Both the position numbers and the translations under genes were made by a program. A stretch of 64,000 nt of DNA from Azolla caroliniana (taxonomy: Eukaryota; Plantae; Polypodiophyta). The stretch covers positions 15,500,001-15,564,000 of the forward strand of contig JBHGNT010000006.1 of the NCBI GenBank assembly GCA_043228905.1, given 5' to 3'. Of the stretch, positions 1-10,601 are shown piece by piece. Position 1 is the first letter of the stretch; every line of letters starts with the position of its first letter. A model generated the notes under the pieces. The model made no database searches, was not told the DNA's origin, and was given only the letters and a program-made list of their open reading frames with translations.

Positions 1-1820
1 ACAAGATACGGCAACAAAACTCGACATGGGGGTCATTCGAAGAAGCTTTACGAGAGTCATATGATTACAAGAGATCGAAGGGACAAGATCGGCGAGAATT
101 CGACGAATGGGTGGCATCGGAGAAGACCCACCGAAGTGCAACACAAGCATTCCTAGAGTTCGAGCATCGTTTTGCTCGACTCTCGGAGCGAGAACAACGA
201 TTGGTGGGGGAGGATAAAGTCCTAATGTTCGTAAAATCGATCGATCGAAAAGAAAGGATGGACATCGGGATCGAACTCGAAGACGATGACGGTACGAATG
301 GTCTTACCGAAGATTGGGCCGAAGTCCAAAGGGTATGCCGGAGACATGATGAGAGGAAGATGAGAATCTTGTCAACGACATGGCCGATGAAGGATGGTCG
401 ATTGAAGACAAACGATGGATCCGATATGAAGGCCGAAATACAACATGATGGTGCGACGGAAGAGGGTGTAAAACAAGCTACCCTCTTGTCTTGCGAAAGA
501 ACGACGGCGAAGGATAAGGCCGATAACCCAAGTGTAGAAGAAGATTTCGGAATACAAGTGTCCGAAACATCAGGTGAAAAAGGGGTAAGCATAATTGATG
601 TTTCCATAATTGATGCAGTGAAAGAGAGCAAGGAGGACTTGATTGAGGAGGTCACCATGAAAGATGACATCGAATTGAAGGTGGCTATGGACGAATCAAC
701 GACGGATGGCCATATCGAGACTTCCCCACCACTAATTCTAGAGACTCCGGTGGTTGCGTTCGAAAGGCAACGTGAGACCGAAGAGACGGAAGGTGGCGGA
801 GAGAAAACAAAGGTCAAAGCCGATGCATACGAAGGAGAGATAGCCAAGGAGGTGGCTATGGGTGAAACAACGGAGGACGATAATACCGTGGATTCCTGTC
901 CACTAGTTCTAGAGACTTCGGCGGTTGTATTCGAGAACCAACGTGAGACCGGAGAGACAGGAGGTGGCAGCAAGAAAGGTAAAGTCGGAAGCCGGTTCGG
1001 ATGGAAGGTGATCCGGACGGGATTCCGATCCGAAAGAAAGCCGAACCGGGTGAAAGAGGATTCGACCGAAAGACGACCCGAAAGAAAGCCGAACCGAAAG
1101 GACGAGAATTCGGCCGAAAGACGACACAAACGAAAGCTAAATCGGGCGAATGAGGATTCGGCCGAAAGACGACCTGAAAGAAAGCCGACCCGAAAAGGGG
1201 TCGACTTGGTCAAAACCGATCGACCGAGTCTGACTTGGCCGAACGCGAATATGGATGGAAGCCGACCTAGCCGAAAGCCGATCAGACGAGACCGATCCGG
1301 AAAGAAGCTAATCCGACTCAACCGAAGGTTGGACCGGTCGAGGCTGGTGAGAACGAGGAAAAGAAAGCCAACCGAAACCGAAACCGATAGATCGAAACCG
1401 GGCCGGAAGGAGACCGACTCAATCGAAACCGAACAACCGATTCCGATTCGGCCGAATACGAATCCGATCGGAAGCCGATCAAACCGAAAGTTGATCGGAC
1501 GAGAGCGATCCGGAAAAAAGTCAAGGTTGATGAAGACAAGAAAGAGGCCAGTAAAAGACACTACCACGAATGACAAGGGCCAAGAATATGACGAGAGAGA
1601 ACAAAGAATATGGTGGATCGGATGGCGACAATGGTTCGGGTGGAAAGAATGGGTCTACTCAAAATGGAGAGACAAAGTTGACATAGCGGGACAAACGGAG
1701 GATGAAGGGGAGACAACGAGCATCGGCAACTTCGGCACATACCGGAGGATGTGCGGGTTCGGAGGGAGCGAGTGTCGTAGTGTATTTCGTACACTACGTG
1801 AAAAAGTAAAAATAATATAA
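1..1820 (+). CDS. Gag-like protein, copy 1 (5'-partial at window edge)
   Basis: Matches the 3' part of the ORF at 2575-4671. Confidence 0.8.
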   Translation, partial: KIRQQNSTWGSFEEALRESYDYKRSKGQDRREFDEWVASEKTHRSATQAFLEFEHRFARLSEREQRLVGEDKVLMFVKSIDRKERMDIGIELEDDDGTNGLTEDWAEVQRVCRRHDERKMRILSTTWPMKDGRLKTNDGSDMKAEIQHDGATEEGVKQATLLSCERTTAKDKADNPSVEEDFGIQVSETSGEKGVSIIDVSIIDAVKESKEDLIEEVTMKDDIELKVAMDESTTDGHIETSPPLILETPVVAFERQRETEETEGGGEKTKVKADAYEGEIAKEVAMGETTEDDNTVDSCPLVLETSAVVFENQRETGETGGGSKKGKVGSRFGWKVIRTGFRSERKPNRVKEDSTERRPERKPNRKDENSAERRHKRKLNRANEDSAERRPERKPTRKGVDLVKTDRPSLTWPNANMDGSRPSRKPIRRDRSGKKLIRLNRRLDRSRLVRTRKRKPTETETDRSKPGRKETDSIETEQPIPIRPNTNPIGSRSNRKLIGRERSGKKSRLMKTRKRPVKDTTTNDKGQEYDEREQRIWWIGWRQWFGWKEWVYSKWRDKVDIAGQTEDEGETTSIGNFGTYRRMCGFGGSECRSVFRTLREKVKII

Positions 1821-2557
1821 CCGATTTAATTACATATAAATAAATAAAATAATATATCAAAATATTTATCACGTGCATAGGGCAAGATTCGAACCCTATA
1901 CCTCCACGTAGCCAAACCTCAACTTTACCATTATGCTACCTTATCTTTAGTGTTCTATAAATAGATTTAATAACTATAAGTCCTTTATTTGCGCCTACCT
2001 TTATTAAAAGGTAAATCATGTATTTTTAGAGTGCGTGAATATTTTATAGAAAAACGCAAGCAACTAAAAAGTGACTCATGCACATCTAGCGTGCATGAGC
2101 ACTATATTTAGCAAATAAAAGCAAGGATTAGAAAAGCATCACATGCACATTTAGTGTGCATGAACATATTAGAAAAAGCATGTAGTTATGCTTAGTCTCT
2201 CCCATCACTACATAAGGATGGGGAGCACAATGTAATAGGCGTGTGAAATATTTGGAAATTGGATATATTTCCGAAAACACCAACCGATTAATATAATCGT
2301 GGGATTCACGAAAATAATATAATCTATACTTGTGGGATTCACAAGTTTCTTATATCTTTCTTTCAATCTAAATACATATTTTATCTAAATATTGATTAAT
2401 CGAATACAATACACTCGTGGGATTCACGAAATTTCTATCTCTCTTTCTAATAATCTATTCATTACTAGCTTCATCTCATATTCTTCTTTCTCCTAGTCCA
2501 AAACCTCGGCGGTTCCCACCCGACACACGCAACGATTCGGAGCCGAAAGGCACGACA
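1773..2557 (+). repeat. LTR (785 bp) of the tandem element
   Basis: TGTCGT/ACGACA inverted termini, preceded by PPT and followed by PBS. Repeated at 4624-5408 and 7475-8259. Confidence 0.92.
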
Positions 2558-2561
2558 CAGT

Positions 2562-2579
2562 TGGTGAACCCGACGTGAA
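2562..2579 (+). promoter_or_regulatory. Primer-binding site complementary to the 3' end of tRNA-Trp (second copy 5413-5430)
   Basis: TGGTGAACCCGACGTGAA is the reverse complement of TTCACGTCGGGTTCA-CCA, the eukaryotic tRNA-Trp 3' end as I recall it. It starts 4 nt after the LTR end. Confidence 0.85.
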
Positions 2580-2595
2580 GGCGGGTGGCAAGGAG

Positions 2596-4671
2596 ATGGA
2601 GAATCAACAAGAGGCGATGAGCATAACGATGATGATGATGTTCGAACGGATGCTACAAGAACAACGAGCGATGTCGGAGATCACGGCAGTAGTAAAGCGG
2701 CTCGTACAACGAAACGGACAATTCAACGGAAACAATGTGTCACGCTATTTACATGACTACAAGGCGGAGATGATACGATGTGGGATACCGGAAGGATTGC
2801 AAGTGACATCCTTCAGTCGGGTAGCCACGGATGAGCTACAAGAGAGAATCCACAAGATACGGCAACAAAACTCGACATGGGGGTCATTCGAAGAAGCTTT
2901 ACGAGAGTCATATGATTACAAGAGATCGAAGGGACAAGATCGGCGAGAATTCGACGAATGGGTGGCATCGGAGAAGACCCACCGAAGTGCAACACAAGCA
3001 TTCCTAGAGTTCGAGCATCGTTTTGCTCGACTCTCGGAGCGAGAACAACGATTGGTGGGGGAGGATAAAGTCCTAATGTTCGTAAAATCGATCGATCGAA
3101 AAGAAAGGATGGACATCGGGATCGAACTCGAAGACGATGACGGTACGAATGGTCTTACCGAAGATTGGGCCGAAGTCCAAAGGGTATGCCGGAGACATGA
3201 TGAGAGGAAGATGAGAATCTTGTCAACGACATGGCCGATGAAGGATGGTCGATTGAAGACAAACGATGGATCCGATATGAAGGCCGAAATACAACATGAT
3301 GGTGCGACGGAAGAGGGTGTAAAACAAGCTACCCTCTTGTCTTGCGAAAGAACGACGGCGAAGGATAAGGCCGATAACCCAAGTGTAGAAGAAGATTTCG
3401 GAATACAAGTGTCCAAAACATCAGGTGAAAAAGGGGTAAGCATAATTGATGTTTCCATAATTGATGCAGTGAAAGAGAGCAAGGAGGACTTGATTGAGGA
3501 GGTCACCATGAAAGATGACATCGAATTGAAGGTGGCTATGGACGAATCAACGACCGATGGCCATATCGAGACTTCCCCACCACTAATTCTAGAGACTCCG
3601 GTGGTTGCGTTCGAAAGGCAACGTGAGACCGAAGAGACGGAAGGTGGCGGAGAGAAAACAAAGGTCAAAGCCGATGCATACGAAGGAGAGATAGCCAAGG
3701 AGGTGGCTATGGGTGAAACAACGGAGGACGATAATACCGTGGATTCCTGTCCACTAGTTCTAGAGACTTCGGCGGTTGTATTCGAGAACCAACGTGAGAC
3801 CGGAGAGACAGGAGGTGGCAGCAAGAAAGGTAAAGTCGGAAGCCGGTTCGGATGGAAGGTGATCCGGACGGGATTCCGATCCGAAAGAAAGCCGAACCGG
3901 GTGAAAGAGGATTCGACCGAAAGACGACCCGAAAGAAAGCCGAACCGAAAGGACGAGAATTCGGCCGAAAGACGACACAAACGAAAGCTAAATCGGGCGA
4001 ATGAGGATTCGGCCGAAAGACGACCTGAAAGAAAGCCGACCCGAAAAGGGGTCGACTTGGTCAAAACCGATCGACCGAGTCTGACTTGGCCGAACGCGAA
4101 TATGGATGGAAGCCGACCTAGCCGAAAGCCGATCAGACGAGACCGATCCGGAAAGAAGCTAATCCGACTCAACCGAAGGTTGGACCGGTCGAGGCTGGTG
4201 AGAACGAGGAAAAGAAAGCCAACCGAAACCGAAACCGATAGATCGAAACCGGGCCGGAAGGAGACCGACTCAATCGAAACCGAACAACCGATTCCGATTC
4301 GGCCGAATACGAATCCGATCGGAAGCCGATCAAACCGAAAGTTGATCGGACGAGAGCGATCCGGAAAAAAGTCAAGGTTGATGAAGACAAGAAAGAGGCC
4401 AGTAAAAGACACTACCACGAATGACAAGGGCCAAGAATATGACGAGAGAGAACAAAGAATATGGTGGATCGGATGGCGACAATGGTTCGGGTGGAAAGAA
4501 TGGGTCTACTCAAAATGGAGAGACAAAGTTGACATAGCGGGACAAACGGAGGATGAAGGGGAGACAACGAGCATCGGCAACTTCGGCACATACCGGAGGA
4601 TGTGCGGGTTCGGAGGGAGCGAGTGTCGTAGTGTATTTCGTACACTACGTGAAAAAGTAAAAATAATATAA
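2596..4671 (+). CDS. Gag-like protein, copy 2: gag N-terminal domain plus acidic and Arg/Lys-rich low-complexity tail
   Basis: Open frame from ATG 2596. The N-terminus (QFNGNNVSRYLHDYKAEM...FSRVA...FEHRFARLS...KVLMFVKSID) is homologous to the gag at 53906-54250 (FPRVA...FEERFARLS...RVLLFVKSVD). The stop codon lies inside the LTR. Confidence 0.82.
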   Translation: MENQQEAMSITMMMMFERMLQEQRAMSEITAVVKRLVQRNGQFNGNNVSRYLHDYKAEMIRCGIPEGLQVTSFSRVATDELQERIHKIRQQNSTWGSFEEALRESYDYKRSKGQDRREFDEWVASEKTHRSATQAFLEFEHRFARLSEREQRLVGEDKVLMFVKSIDRKERMDIGIELEDDDGTNGLTEDWAEVQRVCRRHDERKMRILSTTWPMKDGRLKTNDGSDMKAEIQHDGATEEGVKQATLLSCERTTAKDKADNPSVEEDFGIQVSKTSGEKGVSIIDVSIIDAVKESKEDLIEEVTMKDDIELKVAMDESTTDGHIETSPPLILETPVVAFERQRETEETEGGGEKTKVKADAYEGEIAKEVAMGETTEDDNTVDSCPLVLETSAVVFENQRETGETGGGSKKGKVGSRFGWKVIRTGFRSERKPNRVKEDSTERRPERKPNRKDENSAERRHKRKLNRANEDSAERRPERKPTRKGVDLVKTDRPSLTWPNANMDGSRPSRKPIRRDRSGKKLIRLNRRLDRSRLVRTRKRKPTETETDRSKPGRKETDSIETEQPIPIRPNTNPIGSRSNRKLIGRERSGKKSRLMKTRKRPVKDTTTNDKGQEYDEREQRIWWIGWRQWFGWKEWVYSKWRDKVDIAGQTEDEGETTSIGNFGTYRRMCGFGGSECRSVFRTLREKVKII

Positions 4672-5408
4672 CCGATTTAATTACATATAAATAAATAAAA
4701 TAATATATCAAAATATTTATCACGTGCATAGGGCAAGATTCGAACCCTATACCTCCACGTAGCCAAACCTCAACTTTACCATTATGCTACCTTATCTTTA
4801 GTGTTCTATAAATAGATTTAATAACTATAAGTCCTTTATTTGCGCCTACCTTTATTAAAAGGTAAATCATGTATTTTTAGAGTGCGTGAATATTTTATAG
4901 AAAAACGCAAGCAACTAAAAAGTGACTCATGCACATCTAGCGTGCATGAGCACTATATTTAGCAAATAAAAGCAAGGATTAGAAAAGCATCACATGCACA
5001 TTTAGTGTGCATGAACATATTAGAAAAAGCATGTAGTTATGCTTAGTCTCTCCCATCACTACATAAGGATGGGGAGCACAATGTAATAGGCGTGTGAAAT
5101 ATTTGGAAATTGGATATATTTCCGAAAACACCAACCGATTAATATAATCGTGGGATTCACGAAAATAATATAATCTATACTTGTGGGATTCACAAGTTTC
5201 TTATATCTTTCTTTCAATCTAAATACATATTTTATCTAAATATTGATTAATCGAATACAATACACTCGTGGGATTCACGAAATTTCTATCTCTCTTTCTA
5301 ATAATCTATTCATTACTAGCTTCATCTCATATTCTTCTTTCTCCTAGTCCAAAACCTCGGCGGTTCCCACCCGACACACGCAACGATTCGGAGCCGAAAG
5401 GCACGACA
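4624..5408 (+). repeat. LTR of the tandem element (second)
   Basis: Copy of 1773-2557. Confidence 0.92.
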
Positions 5409-5446
5409 CAGTTGGTGAACCCGACGTGAAGGCGGGTGGCAAGGAG

Positions 5447-7522
5447 ATGGAGAATCAACAAGAGGCGATGAGCATAACGATGATGATGATGTTCGAACGG
5501 ATGCTACAAGAACAACGAGCGATGTCGGAGATCACGGCAGTAGTAAAGCGGCTCGTACAACGAAACGGACAATTCAACGGAAACAATGTGTCACGCTATT
5601 TACATGACTACAAGGCGGAGATGATACGATGTGGGATACCGGAAGGATTGCAAGTGACATCCTTCAGTCGGGTAGCCACGGATGAGCTACAAGAGAGAAT
5701 CCACAAGATACGGCAACAAAACTCGACATGGGGGTCATTCGAAGAAGCTTTACGAGAGTCATATGATTACAAGAGATCGAAGGGACAAGATCGGCGAGAA
5801 TTCGACGAATGGGTGGCATCGGAGAAGACCCACCGAAGTGCAACACAAGCATTCCTAGAGTTCGAGCATCGTTTTGCTCGACTCTCGGAGCGAGAACAAC
5901 GATTGGTGGGGGAGGATAAAGTCCTAATGTTCGTAAAATCGATCGATCGAAAAGAAAGGATGGACATCGGGATCGAACTCGAAGACGATGACGGTACGAA
6001 TGGTCTTACCGAAGATTGGGCCGAAGTCCAAAGGGTATGCCGGAGACATGATGAGAGGAAGATGAGAATCTTGTCAACGACATGGCCGATGAAGGATGGT
6101 CGATTGAAGACAAACGATGGATCCGATATGAAGGCCGAAATACAACATGATGGTGCGACGGAAGAGGGTGTAAAACAAGCTACCCTCTTGTCTTGCGAAA
6201 GAACGACGGCGAAGGATAAGGCCGATAACCCAAGTGTAGAAGAAGATTTCGGAATACAAGTGTCCGAAACATCAGGTGAAAAAGGGGTAAGCATAATTGA
6301 TGTTTCCATAATTGATGCAGTGAAAGAGAGCAAGGAGGACTTGATTGAGGAGGTCACCATGAAAGATGACATCGAATTGAAGGTGGCTATGGACGAATCA
6401 ACGACGGATGGCCATATCGAGACTTCCCCACCACTAATTCTAGAGACTCCGGTGGTTGCGTTCGAAAGGCAACGTGAGACCGAAGAGACGGAAGGTGGCG
6501 GAGAGAAAACAAAGGTCAAAGCCGATGCATACGAAGGAGAGATAGCCAAGGAGGTGGCTATGGGTGAAACAACGGAGGACGATAATACCGTGGATTCCTG
6601 TCCACTAGTTCTAGAGACTTCGGCGGTTGTATTCGAGAACCAACGTGAGACCGGAGAGATAGGAGGTGGCAGCAAGAAAGGTAAAGTCGGAAGCCGGTTC
6701 GGATGGAAGGTGATCCGGACGGGATTCCGATCCGAAAGAAAGCCGAACCGGGTGAAAGAGGATTCGACCGAAAGACGACCCGAAAGAAAGCCGAACCGAA
6801 AGGACGAGAATTCGGCCGAAAGACGACACAAACGAAAGCTAAATCGGGCGAATGAGGATTCGGCCGAAAGACGACCTGAAAGAAAGCCGACCCGAAAAGG
6901 GGTCGACTTGGTCAAAACCGATCGACCGAGTCTGACTTGGCCGAACGCGAATATGGATGGAAGCCGACCTAGCCGAAAGCCGATCAGACGAGACCGATCC
7001 GGAAAGAAGCTAATCCGACTCAACCGAAGGTTGGACCGGTCGAGGCTGGTGAGAACGAGGAAAAGAAAGCCAACCGAAACCGAAACCGATAGATCGAAAC
7101 CGGGCCGGAAGGAGACCGACTCAATCGAAACCGAACAACCGATTCCGATTCGGCCGAATACGAATCCGATCGGAAGCCGATCAAACCGAAAGTTGATCGG
7201 ACGAGAGCGATCCGGAAAAAAGTCAAGGTTGATGAAGACAAGAAAGAGGCCAGTAAAAGACACTACCACGAATGACAAGGGCCAAGAATATGACGAGAGA
7301 GAACAAAGAATATGGTGGATCGGATGGCGACAATGGTTCGGGTGGAAAGAATGGGTCTACTCAAAATGGAGAGACAAAGTTGACATAGCGGGACAAACGG
7401 AGGATGAAGGGGAGACAACGAGCATCGGCAACTTCGGCACATACCGGAGGATGTGCGGGTTCGGAGGGAGCGAGTGTCGTAGTGTATTTCGTACACTACG
7501 TGAAAAAGTAAAAATAATATAA
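5447..7522 (+). CDS. Gag-like protein, copy 3
   Basis: Copy of 2596-4671 with isolated substitutions. Confidence 0.82.
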   Translation: MENQQEAMSITMMMMFERMLQEQRAMSEITAVVKRLVQRNGQFNGNNVSRYLHDYKAEMIRCGIPEGLQVTSFSRVATDELQERIHKIRQQNSTWGSFEEALRESYDYKRSKGQDRREFDEWVASEKTHRSATQAFLEFEHRFARLSEREQRLVGEDKVLMFVKSIDRKERMDIGIELEDDDGTNGLTEDWAEVQRVCRRHDERKMRILSTTWPMKDGRLKTNDGSDMKAEIQHDGATEEGVKQATLLSCERTTAKDKADNPSVEEDFGIQVSETSGEKGVSIIDVSIIDAVKESKEDLIEEVTMKDDIELKVAMDESTTDGHIETSPPLILETPVVAFERQRETEETEGGGEKTKVKADAYEGEIAKEVAMGETTEDDNTVDSCPLVLETSAVVFENQRETGEIGGGSKKGKVGSRFGWKVIRTGFRSERKPNRVKEDSTERRPERKPNRKDENSAERRHKRKLNRANEDSAERRPERKPTRKGVDLVKTDRPSLTWPNANMDGSRPSRKPIRRDRSGKKLIRLNRRLDRSRLVRTRKRKPTETETDRSKPGRKETDSIETEQPIPIRPNTNPIGSRSNRKLIGRERSGKKSRLMKTRKRPVKDTTTNDKGQEYDEREQRIWWIGWRQWFGWKEWVYSKWRDKVDIAGQTEDEGETTSIGNFGTYRRMCGFGGSECRSVFRTLREKVKII

Positions 7523-8259
7523 CCGATTTAATTACATATAAATAAATAAAATAATATATCAAAATATTTATCACGTGCATAGGGCAAGATTCGAACCCTA
7601 TACCTCCACGTAGCCAAACCTCAACTTTACCATTATGCTACCTTATCTTTAGTGTTCTATAAATAGATTTAATAACTATAAGTCCTTTATTTGCGCCTAC
7701 CTTTATTAAAAGGTAAATCATGTATTTTTAGAGTGCGTGAATATTTTATAGAAAAACGCAAGCAACTAAAAAGTGACTCATGCACATCTAGCGTGCATGA
7801 GCACTATATTTAGCAAATAAAAGCAAGGATTAGAAAAGCATCACATGCACATTTAGTGTGCATGAACATATTAGAAAAAGCATGTAGTTATGCTTAGTCT
7901 CTCCCATCACTACATAAGGATGGGGAGCACAATGTAATAGGCGTGTGAAATATTTGGAAATTGGATATATTTCCGAAAACACCAACCGATTAATATAATC
8001 GTGGGATTCACGAAAATAATATAATCTATACTTGTGGGATTCACAAGTTTCTTATATCTTTCTTTCAATCTAAATACATATTTTATCTAAATATTGATTA
8101 ATCGAATACAATACACTCGTGGGATTCACGAAATTTCTATCTCTCTTTCTAATAATCTATTCATTACTAGCTTCATCTCATATTCTTCTTTCTCCTAGTC
8201 CAAAACCTCGGCGGTTCCCACCCGACACACGCAACGATCCGGAGCCGAAAGGCACGACA
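7475..8259 (+). repeat. Terminal 3' LTR of the tandem array
   Basis: Copy of 1773-2557, followed by host LTR sequence (ACGTTGCC...) instead of a PBS. Confidence 0.92.
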
Positions 8260-8664
8260 ACGTTGCCACCGCATAGGCTAACACATGATTACCAAGTGTC
8301 ATGCTTGCATGAATGCCAAGTGGCGTGCTTGCATGAATGACAAATGGCGAGCATGCGTGCCTATGAGGTGGCGAGCATGCATGTATCCAAAGCATGTTAT
8401 ATAAACATATAGCGAACTATTGATGAACCAATCCGGTTCAACGCCAGTCTTCGGCGTACTCTTGTAACCCTTGTTCTCATTGCTAATACATTTTCAATAT
8501 CTTATTTCTCTCTCATTCCTCTCTTATTTTCTATTTCTCATTCTTTTCTTCACGTTAAACTTGTCTTTGGTTATGGCCCTGACAGTTTGAACCAGAATAC
8601 CTAACCTTCTTCATTGTAATTTTTTTCTTTTCCAAGGAAGCTCTCATCCTATCTTCTCATAACC

Positions 8665-10220
8665 ATGGCAGAAGTAAGTGAACAAGAATATATGCGCGTT
8701 CTAGGTAAACTTGAACACTTGAACACCAAGTTCATGGCTTTGGAGCAAGAGAATCAAAGGCTGCTCGGGGATTTACAACAAGTGAATGGTGAGAAAGCTC
8801 AAAAACAAGGGGAATTAACTCAAAGGGTTCACCAACTTCAAGCGGCATTAATAACATTGCGACAACAAGCATTACAAGCACCGAATTCGACAAAAGAACC
8901 CAAGATAAGTCTCCCGTTGAAGTTTGATGGTACTCGATCACAATTTCGAGGATTTCTAAATCAGGTACGTCTAGTATTTCAAATGCATCCCACTTGATAT
9001 CCAATAGATTCAGCATGAGTAGGGTTGGTCGGAACTCTATTAACTGGTACAACATTGGCTTGGTTTGCGCCGTTACTTGAGAAAAAGTGCCCTATTTTGG
9101 ATAATTTTGATGAGTTTATTAAAGAGTTCCAAGCTTGTTTTGGAGATAAAGATAGCATGAGAACAACTATTAATAAGATTCGAAGGTTGCGACAAGGGGA
9201 TCACCTAGCCTCAGCCTATGCGGCTGATTTTCGCCTTCTTGCATGTGACATTCCTTGGGACGAAGAGGCATTGATGGACCAATTTCGTCACGGACTTCGT
9301 AATGATGTGAAAGACTTGCTTCTCACTTTTCATGAAGATCCAAAATCTCTTACTGAGGTGATTAGTCGAGCTGTACGATGTGACAATCGATTATTCGAGA
9401 GACGCTCTGAGCGTCAACAATGGTCTCGACCTCGATCAGAGCAGACACATGCATCGGTAACATCAATACCTACATCTGGAACTATGCATGTTCCTATATC
9501 TAGCCCAATAAGTGGTCCTACTCCAATGGAAATTGATTCTACACATCATCGAGGACCTTTAATAGAAGCTGAAAAGCAGAGACATCAGGCGAACCGCCTA
9601 TGTTTATATCGTGGTGGTCCAGGACATATAGCGATAAGTTGTCCCCATCGACCTAGGCGTCAAGTTTACCAAGTAAGTGCTAGTACTAAATTGGATCTCG
9701 ATTCTCCAAATATATCTAGCAATCTTAATAGCCCTACACCTTCAAATCGTTTTGAAGTACTTAGCCAACTAGATGAGGTGTTAAATGAGTAAATCCAGCC
9801 AAAATAGGAGCCATTTGGTTGGATAACCCAGAATTTGTAGAGTCAGTCCATAGTAATGGTTCCATTTCATCGAACCAAGTTAATAGGGTTTTTGTCGCAC
9901 ATGTCGAGCTTAGTACCTCTAGATGTCATCAGGTCTTCGCATATGCTCTCTTAGATTCCGGAGCCAACTCTTGTTTCATGGACCGGAATTTTTCCTTGAC
10001 ACATAATATCTTATTAAAACCATTGCATTGTCCAGTATCAGTCACAGTAATAGATGGTCGACCCATTGCCTCTGGAAATATAACTGAAGAGTCTGAATCA
10101 ATTTGTGTAGTTCTTGGTGATTTAGCTTGTGTCATCTCATTCAATATCATACATAGTCCGGAGCATCCGATTGTCCTTCGTCTACCTTGGTTTGAGCTTC
10201 ACAACCCCCAGATTGACTAG
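8665..10220 (+). pseudogene. Gag (PEG10/Tcn1-type with degenerate CCHC) and aspartic protease, with premature stops
   Basis: Motifs PKISLPLKFDGTRSQFRGFLNQ, PTPMEID, CLYRGGPGHIAISC and ALLDSGA. Confidence 0.88.
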
Positions 10221-10555
10221 AGAAAACGAGTTATCCTAGAATCCAAGAAAAACCATATATCAGATTTCCCTATTACTTATAACCGGGTTGAAGCATGCTA
10301 CGGTGTACCAACTTTTGGCCAAAAATTTAGTACTAAATCGAAGAAGAAAATAAACATTAAAAATTGTAAATAAATTTCAAAAAACAAAAAACAAATTCAT
10401 TACGTCACACTCGAATGCACAAAGATATTATACGTCACACTCAAAATGTCCCTAGGCCATATTTAATACATTAATTGTTGCCCCAGTCTCCTAGGTAGAG
10501 TTGTACGAAAGCACACCTGGAGAAGGTATCCATTGTGACAGTTGGTCAGTCTCAG

Positions 10556-10558
<3 letters not shown>

Positions 10559-10597
<39 letters not shown>
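10559..10597. repeat. (CT)n microsatellite
   Basis: Direct reading. Confidence 0.95.

Positions 10598-10601
<4 letters not shown>

Larger units (their letters stand above)
1..8259 (+). mobile_element. Tandem array (at least 2.9 units, 2851-bp period) of a non-autonomous gag-only LTR retroelement with shared LTRs (TR-GAG-like); continues beyond the window start
   Basis: Near-identical ORFs repeat at a 2851-bp offset. Each unit is LTR (TGTCGT...ACGACA), PBS, gag-like ORF, then PPT GGAGGGAGCGAG. Only one LTR lies between units. No PR, RT or IN. Confidence 0.93.

Noticed and set aside
65-1576. 503-aa antisense ORF in each tandem unit
   Set aside because: Ser/Phe/Arg-biased shadow of the purine-rich sense ORF. 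No motif, and identical copies give no evidence of selection.
1880-1940. Functional tRNA gene
   Set aside because: Only the A and B boxes are recognisable, with no convincing acceptor or anticodon stem.
9777-9792. -1 frameshift site at the Tcn1-like gag end (G_TTA_AAT)
   Set aside because: Pol is in the -1 frame, but the heptamer is non-canonical in a decayed copy and I saw no clear stimulator.
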